From NCBI GenBank assembly GCA_016933455.1, contig JAFGAZ010000009.1, forward strand, positions 1 to 45,990: a DNA stretch of 45,990 nucleotides. Direction: 5' to 3'. A model generated the notes under the pieces. That model saw nothing but the letters and a program-made list of their open reading frames with translations. It searched no databases and had not been told where the DNA came from. This document shows, piece by piece, positions 17,917 through 27,254 of this stretch; positions within the stretch are counted from its first letter, which is position 1, and each line of letters begins with the position of its first letter. Both the position numbers and the translations under genes were made by a program. The DNA is from Candidatus Aenigmatarchaeota archaeon (GTDB taxonomy: Archaea > Aenigmatarchaeota > Aenigmatarchaeia > Aenigmatarchaeales > Aenigmatarchaeaceae).

Positions 17917-18515
17917 TCTTTCATAACTTTTTTGAAGAAATCGGTTGTCGCCTTTCTAAAGCTTTCGTGCTTTCTTTCCGATATTTCTATTATGTCGTCT
18001 AGGAAAAGGCACGGTATTATCACCATTATCAGATAAAGCAATAATCCAAAGCCTAAAGAAGAAACAATGTAGCCTTCGACGAACTGCGGATTTGTCGGAA
18101 TGGCCATTGGAATCGTGACACTAAAATCTATGTAATACCTCTCGTTGCTTAGCGGATAGAAAAGAGGGATGCCGTCACCGCTGTTTATGCCTATCCCGCT
18201 GCCGTATATGGGATACGAGAAAAGGTCAACCAATAGGTGGCCTGACATGAAGATTAGCAGCAGCAAAAAGAATCCCTTTTTGTACTTGTCGAGCTTTAGA
18301 TGAAAAGACAAGCAAACCAAAGCAATCGGGACAATAAGTGTTATGAATATGTTATGAAACAATGCCCTGTACTGGTCAAGGTAGATGAAATGATCAATGT
18401 CTATTAAAACAGAAAAAAACGCTGCTGCCAGAATGGTCTTTATCTGGTGCTTGATGTTTAGCCTTGCTGCAAGTGCTGCCAGAATCGGCATCACAAAGTG
18501 AAACAAGCTGTCCAT
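17913..18515 (-). CDS. Membrane metal-dependent hydrolase (YdjM-like)
   Basis: DIDH, RALFHN, GHLLVDL, GIPLFYP; multiple TMs. Confidence 0.78.
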   Translation of the reverse strand: MDSLFHFVMPILAALAARLNIKHQIKTILAAAFFSVLIDIDHFIYLDQYRALFHNIFITLIVPIALVCLSFHLKLDKYKKGFFLLLLIFMSGHLLVDLFSYPIYGSGIGINSGDGIPLFYPLSNERYYIDFSVTIPMAIPTNPQFVEGYIVSSLGFGLLLYLIMVIIPCLFLDDIIEISERKHESFRKATTDFFKKVMKD

Positions 18516-20120
18516 CTAACCTATCTCCATCTCAAAAGCTATGACCGGCTTTTCAAGCTTCCAGTTCTCCAAAATCTCAGGTCTTATTTCCCCGAAAAAG
18601 CCGATTGCCTTTTCACCCGCAACAATTTCCCCTGCCCTGGAATCAATAAAGCTCGGATGATTTGTTTCTTGTATCTTGTAGTCAATTCCCATGTAGCTTA
18701 AGACGTTTTCGACAATGGATTTTATTTCTGTTAGGTTGGCCGCATCATGAGATACGATTCCAGCCAGCTTTTTTACCATCCTTATTCTTGTTTCCTTTGT
18801 CTCGTCAAGAATTATGCAGTTGCCTATTTCGAAAAGCCTTTGAGGATACTCCCTGTGCATGTTGTTTGTTAGGTTTCTGACAAGCGATGGCAAAAGCCAT
18901 GTCCTGCAAATTGTGTATTCGCTGGAAACCGGGTTTGATATCTCGGCTGCCTTGCCTTGCAATAGCATCTTGGAAAAGTTGCTTTCCTCGTTTGTCAAAA
19001 CAAAGTTGAGAATTTCCTGGAAGCCAAGGCCCATCATCATGTCCCTTGACTTGGATATTAGTTTTGAAAGCTCGCTCCTGTTGCCTATTGTGGGAAGCTT
19101 TGGAAGTATGGGCTCGATGTTGTTGTAGCCGTAGCCTATTGCAACATCTTCTATTATGTCGACAAGATGCAAAATGGACGTCCTGTAAGGCGGTATGGCA
19201 ATGTTCATCTTGCCTCCCCTTTGCTTGGAAACGCCGTACCTCATCCTTTCAAGAATGTCAGCTATCTCGTTTTCGGAAAGGCCCAGTCCCAAAATCTTGT
19301 CAATGTTTTCCACTTCAGCTGGAAAGTCCTTCGGGGTCAGGTCCGGCGTTCTTTTCTTGTCAATGTTTACTGTTTCTATTGTGCCTCCCCTTTCTGTTAT
19401 GTTGCAGACCATTATGTTGATTGCCTCGCTAACAGCCTTCTCGTCTGTTCCTGTCACGTCAATGAAAAGGTTGTTTGTCCCGACTGTCACTCTTGTTCTT
19501 TCCGAGTTGATAATCGGCGGGAAGCTTATCACTCCCTCCTTGTCGTAGAGCATGGGCCTTGTTTTTCCAACAAGATGCGCAAAGCCGATTCCCTTGGGAT
19601 GCTGCGTTAGTATCTGGTCAACGTCCATTTCCTGCGTTCCGCCCAGGGGAGTGAATGTTTCGTTCTCGACATCAGCATACCTTAACGGCGGCACTATCTT
19701 GTCATAGTCGTGAACGCCAATGGCAACCTTCTTTCTTTCCCTGCCGATTGTATCATGAAGCTTTTCTTGTATCTGCATAAGGCTCTTTACCAGTTCGTCT
19801 GTTAGGTCAACGCCCTTTATTATTGCGCAAGCAATGTGCGGCCTTGCTTGGGGATTTTCCGTTTTGACAACTACTTTGGAATCCTTTATGTCGTATTTTC
19901 TTATTCCCTTCTCTAGGCCAAGAAATCCCTTTACCTCCCTTGCAACTCCCTCGACCGAGAACATGTCCGGCCTGTCGGCATGCAGCTCGCACTTTATTGT
20001 TTCTTCCTCGAACTCCGGCTCGAGCTTTACTAGGAACAACAGTTCTTCTAGTTCCTCGTCTGGAATATCCTTTCCTATCAAGTTAAGCAAGTCGTTTTTA
20101 CTGAATTCTATTACAACCAT
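18516..20120 (-). CDS. pheT: Phenylalanine--tRNA ligase beta subunit
   Basis: DRPDMFSVEGVAR, QEKLHDTIGRERKKVAIGVHD, SFPPIINS, DIIEDVAIGYGYNN. Confidence 0.96.
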   Translation of the reverse strand: MVVIEFSKNDLLNLIGKDIPDEELEELLFLVKLEPEFEEETIKCELHADRPDMFSVEGVAREVKGFLGLEKGIRKYDIKDSKVVVKTENPQARPHIACAIIKGVDLTDELVKSLMQIQEKLHDTIGRERKKVAIGVHDYDKIVPPLRYADVENETFTPLGGTQEMDVDQILTQHPKGIGFAHLVGKTRPMLYDKEGVISFPPIINSERTRVTVGTNNLFIDVTGTDEKAVSEAINIMVCNITERGGTIETVNIDKKRTPDLTPKDFPAEVENIDKILGLGLSENEIADILERMRYGVSKQRGGKMNIAIPPYRTSILHLVDIIEDVAIGYGYNNIEPILPKLPTIGNRSELSKLISKSRDMMMGLGFQEILNFVLTNEESNFSKMLLQGKAAEISNPVSSEYTICRTWLLPSLVRNLTNNMHREYPQRLFEIGNCIILDETKETRIRMVKKLAGIVSHDAANLTEIKSIVENVLSYMGIDYKIQETNHPSFIDSRAGEIVAGEKAIGFFGEIRPEILENWKLEKPVIAFEMEIG

Positions 20121-20121
20121 T

Positions 20122-21465
20122 TCATTTCACCATCGGTACGTTCCTTAAAAATTCCAAATCATCAGAATAAAGCATCCTGATATCGCTAATACCCAGCTTT
20201 ATCATTGCAAGTCTTGCGATTCCAAGGCCCCATGCCAGAACTTGACAGTTGTTTATGCCAAGGGGTTTTAGAACTTCAGGCCTAAACATTCCTGCCCCTC
20301 CAAGCTCTAGCCACTTGCCGTTCATTTTGCCGAACAGTTCAACAGAAGGCTCTGTGAACGGGAAAAATCCGGGCTTGTACTTTACGTCCTGAACGCCGAC
20401 TGTTTCAGCAATCTCCTTTAGGAAGCCAAGAAGATGGCTAAGCGTTAGATTCTCCCCAACAACAATGCCCTCGCACTGCGGGAACTCCATCAAATGGCTT
20501 GCGTCTATCATGTCTGTTCTAAAGTTCCTGTCAATTATGAAATACTTGCCCGGCTTGTCGCCGACATTAAACAACGTTCTTGCTGATACCGGCGTCGTGT
20601 GGGATCTCATAATAAGCCTGCTCGCCTCTTCCTTGCTCCATGTTCCTCCCCAGCCCGTTGAATCCGTTATCCATCCTCCCTCGTGTGTTGCCTTGACCTT
20701 TGCAACCAGGTTCTCGTCTGGCAGGTCGCCTTTGGTTGGATTCTTTAAAACGAAAACATCCTTGATGCCCCTTGCCGGGTGGTCCTGAGGCATGAACAAA
20801 GCATCAGAGTTCCAAAAGAATGTCTCAACCATGGGCCCGTTCATCTCCTCAAAGCCAAGGCCTATTAGCTTTTCTCTCATGTCGTCTAAAAACTGGGCGT
20901 ATGGCTGCTTTTTCCCGCCGTATACTTTCGGGGCAGGCGCGTTTACATCGTACTTTCTAAAAGTAGCATTCTTCCATGAGCCTGACTTTATCATGTCTGG
21001 GGTTAGCTGAGCTATCTCGGATATCTGGACATTGTTTACTGTAACGCTTTCGTTTCTTCTAAAGAAGCTAATTATCTTCTCCCACAAAGACATCTCGTTC
21101 TTTTTTTCTTTTGCAATGTTTTGCGTTTCAGTTTCCTTTGCTTCGAAAATAAGGTTTCTTTTGAGAAGCGTTCTTGTTGCATTTTCATCTGCTTTGCCGT
21201 TCTTGTCGATTTCTTCCAATGACCTTTCCATTTCCGTTTTTTCATTGGCAGCTTTCTTGCCGGTCTCTGTAACCTTGACTATTTTGTCTTGGATTTCTAT
21301 CCAGGCGTTCCTCTTGGCCCAGCCTATTGCTATTCCTGTTTTCTGGTCTTTTGGAACTTGGTCTAGAGGCTTTTCTTCGCCTATTATTCTAAGCAGCTGC
21401 TTTTCTGGCAGCCCGTTTTTCAGATACTCTCTTCCCTCTTCAGTAAGCTTGTACATATCATTCAC
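20122..21465 (-). CDS. pheS: Phenylalanine--tRNA ligase alpha subunit
   Basis: FWNSDALFMPQDHPAR, FFPFTEPS, ELGGAGMFRPEV, WGLGIARLAM. Confidence 0.96.
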   Translation of the reverse strand: MNDMYKLTEEGREYLKNGLPEKQLLRIIGEEKPLDQVPKDQKTGIAIGWAKRNAWIEIQDKIVKVTETGKKAANEKTEMERSLEEIDKNGKADENATRTLLKRNLIFEAKETETQNIAKEKKNEMSLWEKIISFFRRNESVTVNNVQISEIAQLTPDMIKSGSWKNATFRKYDVNAPAPKVYGGKKQPYAQFLDDMREKLIGLGFEEMNGPMVETFFWNSDALFMPQDHPARGIKDVFVLKNPTKGDLPDENLVAKVKATHEGGWITDSTGWGGTWSKEEASRLIMRSHTTPVSARTLFNVGDKPGKYFIIDRNFRTDMIDASHLMEFPQCEGIVVGENLTLSHLLGFLKEIAETVGVQDVKYKPGFFPFTEPSVELFGKMNGKWLELGGAGMFRPEVLKPLGINNCQVLAWGLGIARLAMIKLGISDIRMLYSDDLEFLRNVPMVK

Positions 21466-22561
21466 ACTCGAACTCTAGTATGTTTAGTTTGCTTATGTTC
21501 CTTTTGGCATTTTCGAATTTGTCGTTAAAGTCTATCATGAATTTTTTCATAATGTCAGCAGCTTTCTTCTTACAACCACCGCACATTATCTTTCCGCTTT
21601 TGCAGTCTTTGAAGATTTTGTCAAGCTCCTTGTCATCTTCTATTAGATGCTGTTTGAATAGTTCGAATACCACACACTCTTCAGGCTTGCCGCCCACTTT
21701 TTTCTGCTCTTCTATTGTGTCGCATCCACCAGTCTTTGCCTTCATTATCTTCTTTGCCACCTTTTCAGGATCCTCGGGTATTGATATGAAGCTGTTTGGC
21801 TTGCTCTTGCTCATCTTCATGCTGCCGTCAAGGCTTGGGGTAAATTTGTGATATGTAGCAGACGGCGGTATGAAATCCACCTTCTTATATCTTCTAACAA
21901 CATCCCTTGTTGCTCTAAGGTGCGGGGATTGGTCTGACCCGACTGGAACAACCACTGGCTGCACTTTGTCGAACTGCGGAAACAGAATGTCTGATATCTG
22001 AGTTAAAGATGAGATTATCTTTGGCGCGCTAGGCTCTCCGTATAGAGCCCTGTACTCGTTTAGCGTCAGTCTTGGAGAAAGCTCAACAGACATGTCCCTT
22101 ACTTTCTTGTTTTTTGACTGGAAGTAGAACACTGTCTTTTTCGGATTAAGGCCTAGGGCAATGTATGCCGGAATGTAGAATTCAAGAGCCCTTTTCTTTG
22201 CCTCGTCAAGAGGCACGTCTCTTGTAGCCAAGGACTCGAGGTCGGCCACCAAGACGAACGTCTTTCCTCCCTGCTCTTGGAAGTATTTCACCATCTCTAT
22301 TACCATCTTTGTTCCAAGATGCAGCTTTTCAGAAGACGGCATTATACCTGTGAGTATGGCAAAATCTTTCTTCTTTTTTATAGCGTCTACTATTCTTCCA
22401 AGGTCTTGATGTCCGAACACAACAAGCCTTCGCATGAGTCTGTTGGGATTTGGTAGCTTGCTTAGTATCTTTTTATCGAACGGTTCCATCCCATAGTTCT
22501 CTATTATTTTGTTGTAATCGTCTATCAAAACTGAGCCCCAAGGATCTATTCTTTCAGCCAT
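21458..22561 (-). CDS. trpS: Tryptophan--tRNA ligase
   Basis: IDPWG, TGIMPS..LHLG, VPVGSDQSPH, KMSKS, CGGCKK. Confidence 0.95.
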   Translation of the reverse strand: MAERIDPWGSVLIDDYNKIIENYGMEPFDKKILSKLPNPNRLMRRLVVFGHQDLGRIVDAIKKKKDFAILTGIMPSSEKLHLGTKMVIEMVKYFQEQGGKTFVLVADLESLATRDVPLDEAKKRALEFYIPAYIALGLNPKKTVFYFQSKNKKVRDMSVELSPRLTLNEYRALYGEPSAPKIISSLTQISDILFPQFDKVQPVVVPVGSDQSPHLRATRDVVRRYKKVDFIPPSATYHKFTPSLDGSMKMSKSKPNSFISIPEDPEKVAKKIMKAKTGGCDTIEEQKKVGGKPEECVVFELFKQHLIEDDKELDKIFKDCKSGKIMCGGCKKKAADIMKKFMIDFNDKFENAKRNISKLNILEFECE

Positions 22562-22703
22562 TTACTCACCCTTAAGATATAGATAACTCTCCTTATCTTT
22601 ATTAATATTTTCAGAACTAGCGAAATCTTCTAAATAAATTGGAGTCGGTCCCATTCCATGTAATCGCCTTGACAATAATTGTTCTTCTAAGAATATAAAA
22701 TTT

Positions 22704-23105
22704 TCACATAGCAAGATTTACAAGGTCACCTGTCGTGTCAATTTTTTCTTTAGTTTCTCTGTTGTAAACAGTGTCCGTTATAGCTCTAGTGATGTATTCC
22801 TCTAGAAAATTTCTTGCTATTGGATCAGGTACCAAACTTTCTAACACCAAGTCTATTTTTTTGCCGCGTTTAAGGTCTTGATGCGTTCCTTCATGAATTT
22901 TTGCATGATAAAGAGGATTTCCTACTTTAGGATATTTAATGTTTTTATTGTAAAATATCAAGTCTATCGGATATGCTGGTATATACATCGCTTCTTCTTC
23001 CATACCTTCAACATCATAACAGACAAGGGCCCTTCTTTTTTTCCCATTTGACATTTCATATTCTTCTATTCTGCAATTATCCTTGTCTATTTGCAGGTTT
23101 TTCAT
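22704..23105 (-). CDS. Hypothetical protein with HExxH motif, possibly truncated by frameshift
   Basis: KIHEGTH...EEYITRAIT zincin-like pattern; AT-rich. Confidence 0.55.
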   Translation of the reverse strand: MKNLQIDKDNCRIEEYEMSNGKKRRALVCYDVEGMEEEAMYIPAYPIDLIFYNKNIKYPKVGNPLYHAKIHEGTHQDLKRGKKIDLVLESLVPDPIARNFLEEYITRAITDTVYNRETKEKIDTTGDLVNLAM

Positions 23106-23151
23106 AAGAACGTTATGAAATTTTAAACTTAAATTACTTTATTATACAGAA

Positions 23152-23961
23152 CTAGACAAAATCATCGAGCTTTGATTTGCCAAGATTTTCAAACTTTTCC
23201 ATTGCCTTCTCAACATGCCTAACCAAAACCTTTGGTGCGTTCTCGTTGTTTGCAAGCTCGCCTGCTGTTTTCATCAAGACAAGGCCAGTTCTGATGTCTC
23301 TTGCATCGTATGCCTTTCTCATAACCATCTCCGATGCGTCATAGTCCCAAGAGTTCGGGGCAAAGGCATAGTTTTGCCTTTCGAACAATATCTGCCTTGT
23401 CTCCTCAAAGTTGTAAGGCCTAAACTCCACCTTTTCTAGAAGCATCCTTGATAGAAGGCGGCTGTCCATTTTGGTAACGATGTCTTTTATGTTGGTTATC
23501 AGAAATACGGTTTTGTAGGGGACGTCCTCTAGTATCCTGTAGAGAAAGTCATAGTCCTTTGCCTTGTCAAGCTCGTCAAAGGCGAAAACAACGCCGTCGT
23601 ACTTGCCAAGCCTTTCAATGATCCTGTCAAACAATTCGTCTGAGAATATCTTTTCCGTGAGCCTAATGTCCATCTTCCTGGCTATCTCGCTAATTATCTT
23701 GGTGCTGGTGTCTCGTTTCCAGCAGTTGATGTATATGGGCATTATGTTGTCTGTGTTTTCCAAAAGCTCCCTTAGAATGTACTTTGTGCATGCGGTCTTG
23801 CCAATACCGGAAGGGCCTGATATCAGAAGGTTGCTGCCAGACCTTCCCTCGAAAATAGGCTTTATGCACTCTGCCAGATACTTGTGCTGCTCTTCTCTGA
23901 ACTTGAGAAGCTTGGGAAGGAATGTCTGCTCAAGAACAGCCGGGTTTACAAACAAACTCAT
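23152..23961 (-). CDS. cdc6: Orc1/Cdc6-family AAA+ ATPase, short form (269 aa)
   Basis: FLPKLLKFREEQ, GPSGIGKT, YINCW, FDELD, FRPYNFEETRQILFER, RDIRTG. Start set to ATG 23961 because the longer ORF overlaps the divergent gene. Confidence 0.88.
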   Translation of the reverse strand: MSLFVNPAVLEQTFLPKLLKFREEQHKYLAECIKPIFEGRSGSNLLISGPSGIGKTACTKYILRELLENTDNIMPIYINCWKRDTSTKIISEIARKMDIRLTEKIFSDELFDRIIERLGKYDGVVFAFDELDKAKDYDFLYRILEDVPYKTVFLITNIKDIVTKMDSRLLSRMLLEKVEFRPYNFEETRQILFERQNYAFAPNSWDYDASEMVMRKAYDARDIRTGLVLMKTAGELANNENAPKVLVRHVEKAMEKFENLGKSKLDDFV

Positions 23962-24067
23962 AATAGATAGTTGCCCTGGCACTATTAAAAAATTTATTTG
24001 ACATGCGTTGTAACAACCACTGAGAGTAGGAAAAAATCTAGATACATATTTTCGGTCCAATAATAGC

Positions 24068-24643
24068 ATGTTCTTTCGAAAGAGCAGACTTGAAAGTACG
24101 CTTTCAAAGCTTGAGCCGTTGGATCTTGACGGGTTCCTAGAGGTTGAAGGTCTAAAGGGAAAAATAGCGTCGGACAAGCTTAGGTATAAGGACGGGACTG
24201 CAGTGTCTTGTCTCAACTATGCCCAAGCCCAATTGTTAACAAAGAAGCTTAGTAATAATTCAAGTAAGGTAAGACTTCCGACCCTAAGGGAGGACTTTTT
24301 TGCTTTTAGGAACCTGGATGAAAGCTACAGAAACTCTGTTTTTTCATGCCCTTTCGAATGGAAGGCCGAGTACCTTGACGGCAGCTTCCTTATTACAAAC
24401 CCGGATGTAGAAAAGGTCAGGAACCAAAGGCAGTACGACTTTCGAGGGGATTTTAGAATACTTGGCAATCTCCCAAAAGAGGGAAGGCAAGTTAAATGGC
24501 TTGGCATAAAAAGAGATCATTATGACAGGGCAGCAATAGTTAGGGGCTATGACTATGACAAGAACGGCAAGGTTTATGCAGCCTACATGATGCCCCCTCT
24601 TTCCAATGACTGCATAGGCATCAGGCTGTTTTTGGAAGAGTAA
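24068..24643 (+). CDS. Hypothetical protein with FGE/CLec-fold-like motifs
   Basis: RLPTLRE, FEW, IVRG and C-terminal IGIRL occur in the order typical of FGE-type CLec domains. Confidence 0.6.
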   Translation: MFFRKSRLESTLSKLEPLDLDGFLEVEGLKGKIASDKLRYKDGTAVSCLNYAQAQLLTKKLSNNSSKVRLPTLREDFFAFRNLDESYRNSVFSCPFEWKAEYLDGSFLITNPDVEKVRNQRQYDFRGDFRILGNLPKEGRQVKWLGIKRDHYDRAAIVRGYDYDKNGKVYAAYMMPPLSNDCIGIRLFLEE

Positions 24644-24694
24644 TAAATACTTTTTTCTAAATATAGATATAAATTGAAATTACCAATGATTTGT

Positions 24695-26185
24695 ATGGAG
24701 AATGAAAACAAAAATAAACTTACAATAGAAGACCTTACAACCTTTTGCAAGAGAAAGGGGTTTGTGTTTAGGTCCTCGGAGATATACGGGGGCGTATCAG
24801 GTTTCTGGGACTTTGGTCCTTTGGGCGTTGAGCTATACAACAACATAAAGGCAGATTTCTGGAAGTTCTTTGTGCACGACAAGGAGAACATGACAGGAAT
24901 CGATGCAAGCATAATATCGCACCCTAAAACATGGGAGGCTTCCGGCCATCTTGATGTTTTTAGCGATGTTGCTGTTGTTTGCAAAAAGTGCAAAAAGGCA
25001 ACAAAAATAGACAAGTCGGAGCTTGAAGACAAGAGCATAAGATGCGAGTGCGGCGGGGAATACGATGTCCAGGGGGAATTCAAACTGATGTTTAAGACAA
25101 GCATAGGCGCTCTAAAGCCTGAGGATGCTTACATGAGGCCTGAAACCGCCCAGGGCATGTTTCTTGATTTTCTAAGCGTGTGCGACACCACAAGGCTAAA
25201 GCTGCCGTTTGGCATAGCGCAGGTCGGCAAGTGTTTTAGAAACGAGATAGCTCCAAGGGACTTTTTGTTTAGGAGCAGGGAGTTTACAATTGGCGAATTG
25301 GAGTTTTTCACTCATCCTGAAAACGACGACTGCCCTTTGCTTGACGAATCTCATTTGGATCTGAAGCTAAGGCTTTTGGATGCAAAGACGCAGGACGAAG
25401 GAAAAGACAATCTTGTTGAAACAACGATTCGCAAGATGCTTGAAGAAAAGAAGATGAGCAACTGGCATGCCTACTGGCTTGCTGAGCAGCTTTTATGGTT
25501 TAGAAGCTTGGGTCTTTTGGGCAAGATAAAGGTAAGAGAGCACATGAAAAAGGAATTATCTCATTATTCCTCTGCAACATTCGACATGGACTATGAGTAT
25601 CCTTTTGGCAGCAATGAGATTGCTGGAAACGCCAACAGGGGGCAGTACGACCTAACGCAGCATGCAAAGTTCTCTAATGAGAAGATGTCCATATTCGACG
25701 AGGTGACAAAAAAAAGGGTTGTGCCAAGCGTCATCGAGCCTACATTCGGCATAGACAGGGTTTTTCTTGCTCTGCTGTGCCAGGGTTATTGTTTCGATGA
25801 GAAAAGAAACAACATTGTTCTAAAGCTTCCCCCGAGGCTTGCGCCTGTCAAGGTTGCGGTTTTTCCAATAATAAAAAAGGAAGCCTACCAGAAAATGGCA
25901 AGGGATATTTTCAACGAACTAAGAAAGGATTTCAATGTTACATACGATGCTTCGGGCAGCGTTGGAAGAAGGTACGCTAGAAACGATGAAAACGGAACGC
26001 CCATGTGCATCACAGTGGACGCAGACAGCACTGAAGACAATGCTGTCACCATAAGGTGGAGAGACAACGCCGAGCAGGTTAGGGTTTCCAAAGAGAACAT
26101 CCGAGAGATAGTAAGAAAGGTTATTGTTGACGGGGAAGATCTCTTCAAGTTTGGTAGCAAGGTTAATACGCGCGTCAAGGATTAA
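24695..26185 (+). CDS. glyS: Glycine--tRNA ligase (class IIa homodimeric)
   Basis: EIYGGVSGFWDFGPLG, MRPETAQG, FRNEIAPR.FLFRSREF, VIEPTFGIDR. Confidence 0.96.
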   Translation: MENENKNKLTIEDLTTFCKRKGFVFRSSEIYGGVSGFWDFGPLGVELYNNIKADFWKFFVHDKENMTGIDASIISHPKTWEASGHLDVFSDVAVVCKKCKKATKIDKSELEDKSIRCECGGEYDVQGEFKLMFKTSIGALKPEDAYMRPETAQGMFLDFLSVCDTTRLKLPFGIAQVGKCFRNEIAPRDFLFRSREFTIGELEFFTHPENDDCPLLDESHLDLKLRLLDAKTQDEGKDNLVETTIRKMLEEKKMSNWHAYWLAEQLLWFRSLGLLGKIKVREHMKKELSHYSSATFDMDYEYPFGSNEIAGNANRGQYDLTQHAKFSNEKMSIFDEVTKKRVVPSVIEPTFGIDRVFLALLCQGYCFDEKRNNIVLKLPPRLAPVKVAVFPIIKKEAYQKMARDIFNELRKDFNVTYDASGSVGRRYARNDENGTPMCITVDADSTEDNAVTIRWRDNAEQVRVSKENIREIVRKVIVDGEDLFKFGSKVNTRVKD

Positions 26186-26190
26186 TTCTT

Positions 26191-26808
26191 ATGAAATATA
26201 GATGGTTTGCTTTTCAGCTTGTAGCTTTGTGTGTCATAGTTTTCTTTTTGAAATACAGTGATTTTATTTTAATTGATGAGTACGTTTTGGTTTCTGCAGA
26301 TGTTCTTGCAAAGCCGTGGACCTTGGTTACAAGCATCTTTCTCCACGGAAGCTTTGAGCACCTTTTCTACAACATGTTCGCCCTTGGGCTTTTTGGCTCA
26401 TTGTTAGAGAAGATAATAGGAAGCAAAAAGTTTCTTTTGCTGTTTTTTGTTTCAGGAATAGTTTCCGGTATAGGCAGCGTTTTCTTCTATGACGCTGCAA
26501 TAGGAGCTTCAGGAGCAATATTCGGAGTGCTTGGAGCGCTTGGCGCCCTTAGACCAAAAATGACTGTCTATGTTTCATACATTCCCATGCCAATGGCTGT
26601 TGCGGTGATTCTTTGGGCAGCTGGCGATCTGATGGGGCTTTTCATGCCGTCAAATGTTGCAAACGCAGCGCACCTTTTTGGCTTGGCGTTCGGATTGCTT
26701 GTGGGTTTATTCTTAAGAAATAAATACGCAGAAAACATGTCTAAAAGAAGAATGCTTCCTTATGTTAGCGAAGAAAGGTTCGAGGAATGGGAAGACGACT
26801 ATATGTAA
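26191..26808 (+). CDS. Rhomboid intramembrane serine protease
   Basis: PWTLVTSIFLH, HLFYNM, GASGAIFG, AHLFG. Confidence 0.93.
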   Translation: MKYRWFAFQLVALCVIVFFLKYSDFILIDEYVLVSADVLAKPWTLVTSIFLHGSFEHLFYNMFALGLFGSLLEKIIGSKKFLLLFFVSGIVSGIGSVFFYDAAIGASGAIFGVLGALGALRPKMTVYVSYIPMPMAVAVILWAAGDLMGLFMPSNVANAAHLFGLAFGLLVGLFLRNKYAENMSKRRMLPYVSEERFEEWEDDYM

Positions 26809-27072
26809 TCAGTTTCTAAAAATTTCCATTATCTCGCTTTTAACGTCAAAGAAATGTCTTTTGGTTTCTATTTCTATTAATCCCAAAGCCTTGAACTTGA
26901 TTAAAGCATTGTCCATTTCTGATATGATTTCATTTGATTGTTCTCTGGGGTATTCTATATGCACTATTCTGTTTTCAGGTATAGGGACATTTAGTGTGTA
27001 TTTTGGTATTGCTATGCTTTCCGCGGTTCTTTTGACTTCAGACCATAATTTTTCAGAACAACAGTAATCCAT
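26809..27072 (-). CDS. Hypothetical protein (87 aa)
   Basis: ATG-initiated ORF exactly filling the gap; no motif recognised. Confidence 0.5.
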   Translation of the reverse strand: MDYCCSEKLWSEVKRTAESIAIPKYTLNVPIPENRIVHIEYPREQSNEIISEMDNALIKFKALGLIEIETKRHFFDVKSEIMEIFRN

Positions 27073-27102
27073 ACAAGTATAGGCAAAGAAAATTTCTTAT
27101 AT

Positions 27103-27243
27103 CTATCTTACCCTTATCTTTAGCTTCCTTCTGCAGAACTTGCAAAGCTTCTGGTTGACTCCCTTCCACTTGACATTGGTTAGCCTTCCTACTTCCTTTA
27201 CTGACTTTTTGCATTTATCACAAATAACTTGAATGAGAATCAC
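27103..27243 (-). CDS. Small basic Zn-ribbon peptide (~43-46 aa), not in ORF track
   Basis: (M)ILIQVICDKCKKSVKEVGRLTNVKWKGVNQKLCKFCRRKLKIRVR; two CxxC; AGGTGA SD 12 nt after the upstream stop. Confidence 0.65.
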   Translation of the reverse strand: MILIQVICDKCKKSVKEVGRLTNVKWKGVNQKLCKFCRRKLKIRVR

Positions 27244-27254
27244 CTTTCAATATC

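Noticed and set aside
22612-22706. TGA readthrough (selenocysteine or recoding) of the HExxH ORF
   Set aside because: The in-frame continuation is short and unconvincing; TGA is clearly used as a stop by several genes here (spt5, endA, pheS).
23962-24216. N-terminal extension of cdc6, and a possible oriC beside it
   Set aside because: The extension overlaps the divergent gene and lacks Cdc6 character; the intergenic space is ~105 bp with no recognisable ORB repeats.
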